From: Phallusia mammillata
Taxonomy: Eukaryota
DNA: 64,000 nucleotides
Reading direction: 5' to 3'
Assembly (NCBI GenBank): GCA_965637545.1
Contig: OZ281495.1
Location: forward strand, 22,816,001 to 22,880,000
Positions 50,974-64,000 of this stretch are shown in pieces (the first letter of the stretch is position 1; each line of letters opens with the position of its first letter). The notes beneath the pieces were generated by a model. That model ran no database searches. It was not told the origin of the DNA and saw nothing but the letters and a program-made list of their open reading frames with translations. The position numbers and the translations under genes were made by a program.

Positions 50974-53439
50974 CTATGCAAAACAAGGGGTATAGAGGCG
51001 TTTAATTTGGGAAACATATTGGCTTAACAATAAATAAAGGATGACAAACCTGATGCGGTGGACTATATCGTTAGTGTAAATGGCTCACACAATTTAAACT
51101 TTCAGGGCTGTTAAACCTTTGAAATATTTTAAAGGATGTTGCTAATGGACATTTTGTATATACGCAAGTTATGTTTTACCGGCAGTTCATTAGTATTCCT
51201 AAACAGTTTTGTATTGGTCAAACGCCGTATAGCTGGAAGATGTTGGAAAAACGTATTGTAAAAAAACGTTTGTACCGCAACAGCTTGCATTCAGTGTAAC
51301 GTAGCCAATTTTGCCTTTAAAGTGTAAATGGAAGTTGTATTTGTGATTTTTCAACCGCGCGTTCTTATGCTACTGGCTCTGGTTGACATTATATGAACCT
51401 CAGTTTGCGGCCAATATAATAAACAGAAAATCAACTTTGAGCCGTTTAAACTTTAAAGTACTGCGGAAGTGGAACGCAACCTGTGCATAGAGTGCATTAT
51501 TTCGCCAGCAAAGGTCCAACAAACACATGAAACCGGTAGTTTTAGAAAAACCATTAATTACGTCCACAAAATGTTGACATCCTCTTTACTCCGGGAAGTA
51601 AACTCAATAGCTGCATAGCTACCGCGTTCAGGTTTGCCTTTGAGAGCAGTATTATACAACATACCATACAACTTTATGAACCAGACATTTCATATTGAAG
51701 TAATTTTGCGAGGGAAATCTTTGAAAAAACTTAGCATTTAGGAATGAATAAAGTGCTATATTTTGTAGTGATGACTTGTAGACAAACAAGCAGGTGTTGT
51801 TTTAGCGTTAACCTCTTGAAATATGAAGGGCTGCAGAGAAAACTCACTATCCGGAAGTGCACGAGTGCACTGTAGTGCATTTCGATATCTATTGTATCTG
51901 AGAGATAGTGAAAGATTTGTTGAAAGAAAGATAACAAGGAAAATCAATTTGTAAACGTCACCCTAGTTTTAGTTTCGTTATTGTAAGTGAAAGCTTGCAA
52001 GGAGAGTCATAAAACAATGTCAGCTTTGTTAAATTTAAGTCTGATCGCTGGTATCTGACCTGTCATTATAGACAGCATTAAAGAAATATCGGTAAAAATG
52101 CCGTGTTAAAACAACAGCATTTCGTTTCCAAAGTGCATTAAACCAAATCAGAAACAACCTACACACTAAACCACCTCCTCGGCCTTTTTCGCAAGCTTTG
52201 CCAAAAAATGTACCGCGCCAGTTATTTTGCATGAAGCCACGTTCGATCATCACTGCTTTAGCTTTTCAGCAAAGGTGAACACATTTTTTCAGGTGACGTA
52301 TTAGGGCTCTGACCACATGACTAAGGCAACGCGCTCCCTTATGAGGCCGTAAACAGCTGTGATGTCACCGAAGATATTCGCAGGAAAACTACATCGCATG
52401 TATTCTGGAGCGTTATTTGGAAAGTGCTAAGCAAACAGGTAAGTTCTGGAAATATTTGTTTTGTTCTACGGTGTAACAAAGTTTCTGTTTGAAAACTTCT
52501 CTCTAATATAGCTTTGTGCTGCTTGTTTGCTTACTAGCCATAGACAAACCGCGCTTGTCTGTTTTGAGGTGTCTAAGCCCAACAGATTCGCGAGTACAAG
52601 ATATTTTAGGCTTAAAATCAGCGAAAATCGTGCCCCTTAAGTGTACAACAGTTACAAATTACCTAAATTTGAGTACAATTTCATTTGTGCATAGAATTTG
52701 GTTAAATTCAGAGATTTGGGTTATCAGGCGACTTCTTTTGAGACGTTTCTTTAGCGTGGTGTGACGGTTTGTTGTTAAGGAAGTTAAACACAATGCCCCC
52801 ACTTCTCGTGTTCTGCCAAGGAATGGTTCCGAACGGTTAGACAATACCGAACCGCCTGTAGAAATTATTGGGAAGTAACCATGCACATTTACTGTATTAA
52901 GCTTAGGAGAAACAAATTTGCTTTGTATTCAGAGTGGATGAGAGTATAGTAGTGACGAGTTAGGCTATTTTGGTAAACTTTAAGATACAGCTCGCACAGC
53001 ATGCTGTGACGCCTGCATTATCGTGAACGACATCAACGTTTGTTTAAAGAAGGGTTCGGCAGTAACGGGCTTTTATAATGTCCCCAGGGAATTTATATTC
53101 AGTTGTAGTGATGCTTGTGAAATACCAGTTATTTTTGCAGCTTAACCTGACAGAACAACACTCTATGTTGGACTGTTACCCGTGATATATCTGATTTGCA
53201 TTTGGCATTATAAACAGCGTAGTCTAAACACCACGTACTTTACCAGTGAGATTTTAGTTATATGGAAGGCCCTACACAGATGTGCACTCATGTACTGTTT
53301 TTGAATCAATTTAAGGCCGTAGGCTGACTTTTATATACATTTAGCTACAATTTTCAACTGATATGAAAGGGTATAAAGTTTAAGTCGAAAAATGACGGCC
53401 ACAACTTTGGTTGTATATGCATTAAAAAAGTAGTAAATA

Positions 53440-56400
53440 ATGGTAAGTTAAAAGTTCACATCGTTTTGAATATCCGAAGTGCAAATGGTAGCACCGCTTG
53501 CAGTATTGTTGCGATTTTCAACAGACTGCTCTCTTTTGCAGTCAAATCCCTTTGAGGAGGAAGATACCCAAACAAATCCATTTCTACAAGAACAAACACC
53601 GAAATACGACACATTTGGGACGGATAACCCATTCGTGGACCGTACTGGCAAAGTTATGCAGTCTGTCAGTCAACATAAGTTTCAAGTGCACAACTACAAA
53701 CGACCGACGTTTTGTGAGCACTGCGGTGGACTGCTGGTGGGAGTTATCAAGCAAGGGCTGCGGTGCAAAAGTATGTTATTATGTTCATTTGCCTGTCCTA
53801 GACCGACAACAGTTTTTAATGACCATAGCACGCCAGGCCCAGTGAAGGCGTTATACCGAATCAAGTCAGTTTCCCAAGCATTCCCATATGTGTTCATCTT
53901 CGCAAATTTTAATGCTTGATTATCTGATCAACAGTTTGCTTGCAAAATTAGAATGCCTTCTACTGTTTCGACTCTTACATACATTGTTGCTCAACAGTTA
54001 AACGAATTCTTGCATGTGAGCTTGGTATGTTACAAGGCGTTAATGCCTACTAGAAATTTAGCGCGGTGCACACAGCTTGAAAGGAATTTGTCTTGGGGGC
54101 ATCGAATGTATTTGGTTTGTGCTAAAACATATGAATACGTGGTTATTGAATTGTTGTTGTGACCTCATGAAAAAGCATTTTTCGGCAGCAAGTTTTGTTG
54201 CACAGTTCGATTAACGTTTTCCGCTTCGCAGGGTGCGAGACCGACGTGCACGAAAAATGCCAAGAAGATTTAAAGAAAAATTGCATAGAAGTGGTGAGTA
54301 AGTATGTTTACCGCTAACCTCAAATGAGCAGCAATGGAATTTTTCCTGCAGTTTTTACATTCAATAAGTCCCCAGGGACTAGGGGAATGGAAAATGGGAC
54401 CACATTATTTATAATTTATTAGAAGTTGGTTAAGCACCCACTGTATTTACATGTTTGTTTTGTTAGATCGTTGGTAACCACAACTTTCGGGAGAGAACAT
54501 ACAAACAGCCAACATTCTGCGACTTCTGCGGCAAAATGCTTGTCGGGGTCGTGAACCAGGGAATGAAATGCTCAGGTAAGCAACCACACAAGCATCCACA
54601 ATATTTTTTTCTCCTATTTTTATGTACTGCTTTGTGCAACAATAAAACCTTTGTGTTGGTATGAAACGGTAATACTGCAAACGAGTGGTCAAACCTATAT
54701 AAAACTACATATTTAAGCCACTAATAGCAGTAGTAACAATCCATAACATGCATTTCCGTTGCCAAGTTGTTTGCTTGTAAGCAGAAGGCCAATTAGATGT
54801 TCTGTGTCAAAAAGTTACCTCCACAACTGTGTTAAACAGGAAAGACAAACAAAATCAATGCTCGTCTGTCGCTGGGTGTAAAACCATCCATTAGATTTTC
54901 GTTTTCGTATGTTGGCGGCGTGCCAAGCCTTGTTGATTGGCATAACGGCTACAATAATGGGAAGGAAACGCGTGAGCTCGGTGGCTTGGCATATCAAACG
55001 CACACGGCTTGCGATAAGCAACAAGTCGACTTTAGAAGGCCCCCGGCTACAATAGACAGCGACCGCTTTTGTTATAGTCGTATTAGCACTGTCATATATG
55101 GTCCATGTCGCTTTCTTATTAAAAAACGTTGTCTTGCGAAATATAACTTTAGCGAACGGTTACTGTAGAGATGGGATGAACGTGACAGTGGACTGCTGTG
55201 TTCTATGCTATACAGGCACGACCGTTGCAACTGCGTTGACGGTGCCACAGGAGGTTATTGCGCAGTTTGCGGTAAGCGGGATGAAGCCCTTCCCATGTGC
55301 ACCACGATAACGCGCTGTCACACAAATATAGGCGTTGGTTGCATAATGTTGCCATCGTTGCTGTTTATAAATGACTTCAATCCAGATAAAAGACGTAACT
55401 CGACACATGATCACAAAGCTTTTGGGATGTGGGGCAAAACAACACACAGATGGATTTATGGCAATATATTTGAACCAATAGCATAGTTTAACTTTCTCTT
55501 TGTTTTTCAGAGTGTGGTGCAAACGTTCACGAAAAGTGTCAAGACAAAATCGAACCCGAGTGTAAAAAGTGCAAGGACAAGCACGGAAAGAAACAAAAAA
55601 ATGCTCCAAGCGCACCAGCAAAAGAACTTACACCCGGGTGAGATATTAGTTGATCAATGCAGTAAATGAAAAAACTATATAATGTGCACTGGAGAAATAC
55701 TGAACAAACAAAACAAATTAATTTAAAAGTGACAGCGTGTTTAAACGACCTTAAAAAAGTGAAATGCACTATTATTAACACTTTATTTATTTAAGACTTT
55801 TCAGAAGCCCATTTATAGTTTAATTTCTATTAAACGAGATGACTATGTTAAGACACGTAACTGCAGCAGTACAGACAACCGTGCCGGCGGTGTGTCGGTT
55901 ATAGCATCTAGTTTTTGTGTTAAATAAAACCCACTTAGCCTACTAAATCGTTTTGTTAGAAATGTCATCATGCATATCATAGTTCAGTGAGCTGGCAGTT
56001 TGGCAAGGTGACGCTGCCACTTGTTTAGTCATGCCCCTGTTTCCGTATTCCCATTTCAACTGTGACGCGAGTCACAAACTGTGGTATGACGTTGTACAAC
56101 CGGTCGTCACATTATTTCCAACTATTATGAACCTTCATCAGTAGGATCGATGCCAAAAAATTAATCGATTACCTATTTAGGCCCTAGTTCACCCTAAAGG
56201 CTTGTGGGTAGGCAGAAATAATGTGTAACCATTTGGTTGCTTCCTATATAGTAGTTTTTGTAAAGAAAACCTGAACTTGGCTTAGGCTTTCAAGGGGCCG
56301 CGGATCGCGAAGAACTTTTCGTGGGCGCAACAATCCAAATAAACCTGACGACAAACTATCATTCGCCACTATGGACGAGTTGGAAGAAAGTGAGACAAAA

Positions 56401-57656
56401 GAAAACGAAGGTATTCAACGAGCATTAAAGTATTTCCGTGTAATTGCCAAATTTACATTTGTTTCACTGCTCATATAAGTACTGGTGTAAGTCAGCGCAA
56501 CAAAGATAGGGATTACAACGTTTGTTTGTGTGGATATATGGGCGTGTTGTTTTTCCAATACCTAAAGTTCATGTTAAGGCCAAGGCATTAAAAATGGGAT
56601 TCAAATAAAGCATGTAGCTCCATGCCAAAACCACCCAAATATGTCCCTTTTTCCAATACAGATACCCATTTTGTGCTTGATTTTTTACGATCTTAATAAC
56701 AAAGCGTGTTATATAACTCTATTTGGTTCCCAACCTGGGTTTTACCTTAAGGTTTATTTTACGTGTCCGTTGGGTAAATTTATAAAAGGTTTGTTACTAC
56801 AAAGGGTTGAAAACCACTGTTAAACGATGCTATTACAGATCCCGATGGAACAACGCTGTTTGCGCCAATACACGAAAAAGCAGGAACATCATCGCCTAAA
56901 CGCAGCCTGAGCCCGGTTCCCTCAAACAACCAACCGTCGTCAAGCCAACAAGTATCATCCTCTTCGGGTCAGACTCAAAGCAACGCGAACCTTGAGCAAA
57001 TGGACGCAGCGGTTCGTAATAGTAACTAAACAACCTAAGTCAGGGGTCCGTTATCGTTTTATGCCATTAACTCCTCGGCCTCGTTTTCCGTAACATACTG
57101 TCCCAAGAACTGTTGCAAACACTAAATATATGTAGGTGCCTGTTTGTAAAGAGTATGTCACTGACGTGACATTGTAAACATAATTCAAATCCAAATGCAC
57201 TGTTAATACGGCGCAAATTTTAGCTAAATTTTTTAAACAACTGCTTTCTAGGTGCAAAAAGTTGTGGAAATTATGCACGACAATACAAAGACCTTGGCCG
57301 ATCGAGGAAACAAGCTGGACGACTTACAAGTAGGCAACACTGGTTGTTTTGTATGTTATGTTGTAAATTTTCTCATTCATTTTTTCTCGTGAATCCAACA
57401 AATTGTGTGGTTTTATAGCTTTGTGATTTTTGTTGCGTCTTACATATTTTCAACCTTGCCGATGTTTTTTATTTAGGACAAATCAGAGAAGCTTAAAGAA
57501 AACGCAAGTATTTTTGAGAAAAAAACTACCGAAATCCGTCGAAAGTTCTGGTTAAAAAACAAGAAAATGTGGATTATCCTTGGAGTGGCGCTCGTCTTAC
57601 TTATAATTATCATCGTGGTTGCAGTGGTTTTTGCCAACAAGAAAAAAACACATTGA
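53440..57656 (+). CDS. NPF-C1-C1-synaptobrevin (R-SNARE/VAMP) fusion protein, 361 aa
   Basis: Exons 53440-53442 (ATG|gtaagt), 53542-53770, 54232-54293, 54467-54575, 55511-55637, 56286-56410, 56839-57011, 57252-57329, 57477-57656 form one uninterrupted frame. It encodes 3x NPF, two canonical 50-aa C1 domains, then [74 protein letters not shown] + TM, which aligns without gaps to VAMP2 as recalled. Confidence 0.88.
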
Positions 57657-58660
57657 CCATTTGGAAGGCAATTTTCAACTTGGAACCGCCTCGTAATCAA
57701 ACTTTGGTGACGTGTGCACAAAATCTTTGTTACCAACACGTATCACGTTTTTGTAACGACTAAAAATATTTTATAATTTGCATCGCAAAAATAGCGATAC
57801 GTGATTTTTCAGTGGTTATTGCATGCCCCACTTGCTCCCATATTAAAATTTGGTGATTGTGGGGTTCTATGAATTATACAGCCTCTACTTTTACTTCATT
57901 TTAACTGTTATCCACCTATGTTTAGGACCCTTGTTAACATTTTTTTTGTTTTTGGTCGTTGCAAATTGTTTTTTTTTTTCTATCTTTAGAAACATTTTGT
58001 TCTAGTCGCAAGTTCGCTTTGGGGCAAATGTTTTTAATGAACTAGTCGGTGTGTTATTGCCACGAGCTATTTGCGGTTTTATTGTACTCGATCATTTGTT
58101 GGTATTTTGCTCAAAGCGTTGTTTTTTATTTACTTCTTTGTACATACAACCACACTATAGGCATTGGGTAAGTGACGGGCCAATGACGATTTGGTAACAG
58201 TGCAATAATTGTATTCGGGATGGTTATTTTATACCTTTTAGCGTATTCAGTTTCTCAAGATAAACCGAAATAAAACCAATTCAAAAGAATTTTGTACGAT
58301 TTAAAAAGACCCTTTCCCGAGCAAAGAATATATGGAACTTAGAAGGTGTTAATCACCCAGTTAACACATCATTACAAAAATGCTAGTTTTTCTATTAATT
58401 TTTTTACATTTTTTGAAAACAGGACGTTACTGGTTGATGCTTCCTGCTTTGTTGCACAAAACTTGGTTCAAAACTATGTTGTTTTAGGGTGCAATTTAGG
58501 CCAATATGAACTTCAAACATGTCATACGTTTTCTGCAAAGTTCAAGTCAATATTTTCACAGTATATGCCTTATAAGCCTTCATTAGAAACTAAAATGAGC
58601 CTACATGTAACTTATAAATTAAGAAACTAAGAAACTTGTGAGTAGTTGGACACGACATTG

Positions 58661-58853
58661 GGGCCTAGACCGAACCCGAAATTGTAAACCGACCCGAACC
58701 TGATTTAGTAAAAATAAGCCCAGATGAGACCCCATAGCAAGACAAAATTGCGGTGCAAACGAGGCCAAGTCAGGTCAGGAGTCAAGCCAGTATAATTCTT
58801 ACTGAAGCCCCAACCCGACCCGCAAGGCCTGACTCCATCCACTCTCAACTCTG
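58661..58853. mobile_element. Possible degenerate DNA-transposon end (CCCGACCCG/CCGAACCCG subterminal repeats)
   Basis: Several CCGAACCCGAA / CCGACCCGAACC / CCCAACCCGACCCG motifs ending in CAACTCTG. No partner TIR or TSD found. Confidence 0.3.
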
Positions 58854-59655
58854 AATTGAGGTCCTTAAAACAAGAAACGCACTCACCTTGGAGGAAACTT
58901 AAGTTGACGAGTTGGCGGCAGTCTTGCATGTGCTTCGTTGTTGTGCATGTACGCAGCAGCGCCACCCAGCGCAAGTGCTGCCACAGGAATAGATTTTATC
59001 CATGCAGATGTCATGTTAATACTTGATTATATATCTACTATTTCTACGCTATATACCTAAAAAACTATCAAACACGTTAAAATATAAAATACTGCTGATG
59101 TTGATGTCGCTACCCTGTCTCTAATATTAAATAAAACCCAACTTAACCACCTCCAACATACTCCACTTCATTAAGCCACGAAAAATCAGGTCCTACATAC
59201 ATGCTATTTACCTTTTTGTCTAAAAACGGTAATAGTTGTTTTTTTCTGATTATTATTATCGCGGTTTCAGCTAGGTCCGGTTTGTTGCATTGCTTTTGTT
59301 GCCGTTTGTTCATTTTCAAACGTACATAAATGAAACTAAACTGACCTAGCTAGTCTTGTCTTTCTTGGCTTTCAAAATTACATCTTACTTCGTCCGATTG
59401 GGACGTTGGTTTGACCTCTGAAATCTCCAGACCTCAGCGTTCCAAAACCGTGTAGCGCTTTGTGACAAACTGGTGTAAAGTTACCTTTGTTTTATTGCGC
59501 GGGCAAGCTGTGATTTGCCCTTGGTGCGTTCTCAAGGATATTCGATTGGTCGTCCTTCCCGAAACTTCGACCCCAAGGCTGCATTTACATCTTCTTTTAC
59601 CAGTACACTGCGATTCCTACGGTTGTCCACTTTTATATAAGCCGTCTACATTTAA

Positions 59656-60021
59656 ATGACCCAGACGACGAGGTGGCAACAGCAACCAATAAAAGCAAGG
59701 GGAGTCAAAGGTGTGAATATGTCAGCTGCCAAAAGTAAATCGCTGACAACAGTAGTAGGCTACTTTTAACAGAACATTGCACACAGGATGATGTGAGAAT
59801 TTGCAAGTTTTTTTTTAGGTTTACACCTAAAAACAATTACAGATGTCCTCTGGGAAGGAATAACGCTTGTCCGGACAAGACCCAAAGGCCGCCGTAACTC
59901 TATATCTAGCAACATGCCGTCGAATTGTTATCCCCCGCCATGCGATGCGATACAAGACACCGTTACAGAACCGTACTGCCGAATCGAAAATTTGGCAAAT
60001 ATCTTGTTCACACGTCATTAG
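59656..60021 (+). CDS. Candidate two-exon small ORF (about 85 aa)
   Basis: 59656-59710 spliced to 59819-60021 (poly-T acceptor) stays in frame: MTQTTRWQQQPIKARGVKGLHLKTITDVLWEGITLVRTRPKGRR..NILFTRH*. The donor is weak (gtgtga) and no homology is recognised. Confidence 0.2.
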
Positions 60022-60703
60022 CACACGTCATTATCATTAGATAAAGTATAAGGCTATTGACGCTAAAAAACACTGAATATTGTAAAAAAAAACTGGGACA
60101 AAATGTTGTTGGTTTTGTAATCATCGACTTACGAACTAACAAAAAAATTAGTAGAATTTTCGTCCAACTGGTGTCAAGTTACTGATTATTGCACAACAAT
60201 ACTAAGGACAAAAATTCCACCTTGTATTTCCCATTTTGTACTGATTTCATATAACGTATGTTTTTGTTCGCAAAATATAAATATCGGTAATTAACAATTC
60301 GTCAGAACATATGTACGCTAATCGGGTCAGTTTAAGTACGTGTTTTACTTCTGTGGGATTTGTTTTAGTAGTTTGTTGGAACCACCCGCGTGAACCTGAA
60401 AAACAACAAATAAAAATGCAAAAGAAAGCTGTTTTAAACAAACTGATCTAATCAATTCTCAGAATTAGGTTTCCAAACCGTTTCTTCTAATAAGCTGTAT
60501 AAAAAAGAAATAATTGTTATCCGAATTAAATATGTCTAATGTGAAAGTATTTTACTTTTTTTAGCATGCAACATTTAAAAAACATGTGCTTTGGGAACAA
60601 AATAATTGAGAACAGCTAAATACAGTTTGTTGACACAAACAGTCATTATACTTTTAATGCAGTTGGGTTCCATTGTCTGTGGAACTGCCAAAAGATAACC
60701 GTC

Positions 60704-63700
60704 ATGGCTGGTGTTTACGATTCGGACGACGGAAACGAAGTAGAAAGCTTTAGCTTAAGCAACAGCGATTTGCTCAACGAGTTTAATCCTGATCGCCCCA
60801 CGTTCAAGCAAACACGGGAAGATGCTCTTTATGGAATGTGGGCCACTGAGGAAGAGAGTGGCTGGAGGTAAGATTTATTTTACTAAACTGTATCAAATAT
60901 TGTCTTTTGCTGTAGAATATGGCAGTTTCCCACAAGAAACGGGTGTGGCCACTAAGTCCTGCACGCACATGTGTATGACTTCCAAGGCTGCATGCAAGAC
61001 CATTTTAACCGAGTGCCAATTTTTCATGTGCAGTCCAAAAAAGGTGTCCAAATTTTTTGAAACATAGAGTACAGCTGCCTTACACCGCATACTGGATGTT
61101 TTGTACTTGTACCATACAATCCTGAAAACACATTACTAACAACACAGTTTAATTGTATACTTATCTCATTATATAACATTCATGGCACTGAAAGGTTTAG
61201 CAAACCAGAATATTGTTGTTAGTGCAAATTTACTTAGCCCACTTATCATAAATTTAACAAACAAATTTGTATTTGTGCTTCTAACTGTCTAAAACATTGT
61301 GTTGGTGACAAATATGCAATAAACCACTATGTTAATAAAGTTTAAAAGTATGTGAATGACTATAACTTATTATACTGTTTGTATGACAATGTTTGATTTT
61401 CTGTGTAGTACATTCAAGCAAAAGAAACAGAAATATTCTACACCAGTCAACTTTGTGAGTGGAGGATTGAAACAAACTGAAACACTTCCAGAAGAAGAAG
61501 AAGAACAAGTGAATGAGGAAACAACTAATGAAAATGAAAAGTAGGTTTATTATCGGTTACAGTATTTTTATGCATTTCTTCAATTAATATTTTTTGCACT
61601 GATGATGACAACAGAGATTGTTGAAACGTATGCATGGTATATTCTTTATACACCAGTTCCTTGGCAGCAATGTTCATGATTAAAATATTTTTTTAAATCT
61701 CAGAATTAATGGAAATCGTTTTAAGTCATTTATAGGAATAAAATACCTATTTTAACATGCATTTTTTGTACAGGGGTGAAGCTTTCATTAAGTCAAAGAA
61801 GTCTTTTGCTACAACAAAACCAAAGGCGGCACCATCAAAAGTTACATACAGTTTACAAACTAAGGGTAAAAAGGAGAAAGTGGACCAGAAATTTGCTAGT
61901 TTTGAGAGGCATACAAAAGGAATAGGTAAGAATGATTTTTACTTGATTTAACACTAGGTTGGTCAGTTTGCTATAAAGGTTGTATATTGGTATTTTAGTA
62001 TATAGATTCAGAGTAAGAAGCATATGATTTATGAAGTTGGTACTTTTACATCTGTACCAAATGTATTAAATTTTAGGTATGAAACTGATGCAAAAGATGG
62101 GTTACAAGGTCGGCAAGGGACTTGGAAAGGGAAATCAGGGTATTGTTAATCCCATTGAAGCACACAAACGGGTGAGGAAGGTTGGGCTTGGAGCAGCAGG
62201 CACAGAAAGAACCAAACAGTCTCTTATTCATTTTCCGACACAAGATTCTGAAGATGAGGAGGATGAAGAATTTAAAGTAAGTTTCGTTAACACTTTCAGT
62301 GTGGCCAGCAATCACACAAACATGCGCTCAGTGCAGACTTTTGTTAATTGTTTTAATTATTGCACACAATTGCATTGTCCTGTCTGCTGCAAGGCCTCAA
62401 CACTATCAATAACGAATTACAATGGAAGTAATGTTACAACTTATGCACTGGAAAACTTCTAGACAATAATTTACTGCTTTAAATTTAACTTGTGCGAACA
62501 TTTATACATTATAACTACCTCAAGCCTTTGCAAGTAAAGTTGCCTTTGTTACATTGTAATGAAACAAGACTCCATTCATATAATCAAGTTTAATGCGCGC
62601 CAACCGTTGCCCAAGGCATGCGCCGATCACACATTTTATGGTGTGGGCTGTCTCTACGTACATTAACAGACAGCCGCCTTTTTGATCAAAAACTTTTGAC
62701 TTAAATTTAAGTCAATCCGCACTCTTCGCAAAACGTCTTTGGACATAGATATGGTCAACCGCATTAAAAGTGTTAAAATTATATTTTACCTCCTTTTTAA
62801 AATATCTATTAATGTCCAAAAACACTGTATTCAAAAGGAAATAAAAGGCGTTTGATTTTGGAATTGTTTTGTGCTTGACCTAAAATTATGTTTAGTCGGA
62901 GTTACAACAGTGGAGAAAGGGTGATGAGCCAAAACAAAAGAAACCAAAATACAAATACAAGACAATTGAAGAACTTAAGAAAAGCGGGAAAACAGCAAGA
63001 AAAAGAAAAGAAGCATCCCCTGAGCCCACAACTGCCCCAACCAGTGGTTTAGCAAATGTAAAAGTAATTGATATGACTGGAAAGGAGAAGAAAGTCTTTT
63101 CGGGGTAAGATTAGATAAAGTTAAACTAATAATTTAGGGATAATTGAAAAGTTTTGTTTGTTTGAACAAAGTTTACATTCTTTACAGGCCTGACCAAAAT
63201 AGTATAAATTTTCTCTTACTTCAAGTCTGATGCTTTGTCCGGGGTTGTATAGCTAGTCGTGCTTTGTCTAATGCTTCTAATGGTTAGATTCAAGGTTTCA
63301 TTTGAGAAATGAATACTTTATTTGAATAGTTGAAATACAAAAAATGCATTTAATCAGTATGCCATTTTCAGCATTCATCTATATTTGAATGTTGTGTTCT
63401 ACAATGCTTATTTTACAGTTATCATGCAATTGCTGGAAGAGTTGCTGCAGGATCCGATGTTGAGAGTGATGTGGAAGCAGAGGAAAGAGAGGATCGATCA
63501 GGAATCTTTTCATGTCCTGAGCTCCTTCACAACCTTGATACTTTGATTGAAGAAACTGAACAAAAGATACTATCTGTATTTACCTTCACCTTTTTATTAT
63601 GAATTGCAAACAAGTTAAAGTTTTTGCACCTAATTTCATCTGCTCGTAACTGTGCTTATTTTTCTTACTGTATCAGGTGGATAGACAGAAGCAATATGAA

Positions 63701-63787
63701 GATGATAGATCGGTCGGTCTTGAACATCAGCGCACCAAACTTGAGGAAACTTTGGAGAAAGAGGCAGATGAAATAAATCGTGTTGAG
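60704..63787 (+). CDS. TFIP11: Tuftelin-interacting protein 11 (G-patch spliceosome disassembly factor), 3' end outside window
   Basis: [47 protein letters not shown]; [13 protein letters not shown]; [12 protein letters not shown]|[28 protein letters not shown] (G-patch); [11 protein letters not shown].. downstream. Confidence 0.92.
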
Positions 63788-64000
63788 GTAAAGTTTTTTG
63801 TAATAGTTACTTACAAAAAAATCGCCCAGCTTGTTGCTTGGTAGATAAAGACTATAATATACCTTATGTCTATTTGTTGAAGGTTCATGAAAAACATTAA
63901 GTCATTAATCCTTAAGATTTTAAGATACATATATTTTGCCTTAACAGCATTATCAGTATCTTCTTCGAGTAAAACCTAATGTTTGTCATGAACTTTAATC

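Noticed and set aside
56110-56150. Minus-strand CTGATGA...GAAA
   Set aside because: The intervening sequence cannot form stem II.
61595-61645. CTGATGA...GAAAC hammerhead-like core in a TFIP11 intron
   Set aside because: No G10.1-C11.1 pair, no stem III and no stem I complementarity; treated as a chance match.
477-63787. Most short ORFs of 60-150 aa in the six-frame track
   Set aside because: They are antisense or off-frame shadows of real exons, or AT-rich intron read-throughs. No tRNA, rRNA or autonomous transposase/RT ORF was recognised in the window.

Overview
Eukaryotic (animal) genomic DNA: AT-rich, compact GT-AG introns, gene-dense. An ascidian/tunicate-like invertebrate chordate is my inference and is not proven from the sequence. 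Genes in order, built by manual splicing: TTC28-like TPR+CHAT gene (5' truncated, + to 5958); an unrecognised multi-exon gene (+, 7328 to 9940 or 13531); cytosolic carboxypeptidase AGBL2/3 (+, about 14251-23963); ODF3/CIMAP1-like gene (-) with a duplicated, apparently alternative last exon; TTC37/SKI3 (+, 30676 to about 42.6 kb); a tail-anchored tandem-C1 protein (+, 45063-46954); a mitochondrial-type creatine kinase (-); a paralogous NPF-C1-C1-synaptobrevin (R-SNARE) protein (+, 53440-57656); and TFIP11 (+, 3' truncated). TTC37 introns carry a hAT MITE with an 8-bp TSD, a Tc1/mariner-type MITE, and a 385-bp TSD-flanked insertion containing a complete type I hammerhead ribozyme, a 281-nt monomer and a 65-bp fold-back (retrozyme-like). 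The best candidates for novelty are (1) the C1-C1-VAMP fusion, a putative diacylglycerol-sensing v-SNARE, with its SNARE-less paralogue, and (2) the hammerhead retrozyme insertion. Exon coordinates come from manual reading and could be off by a few bases.
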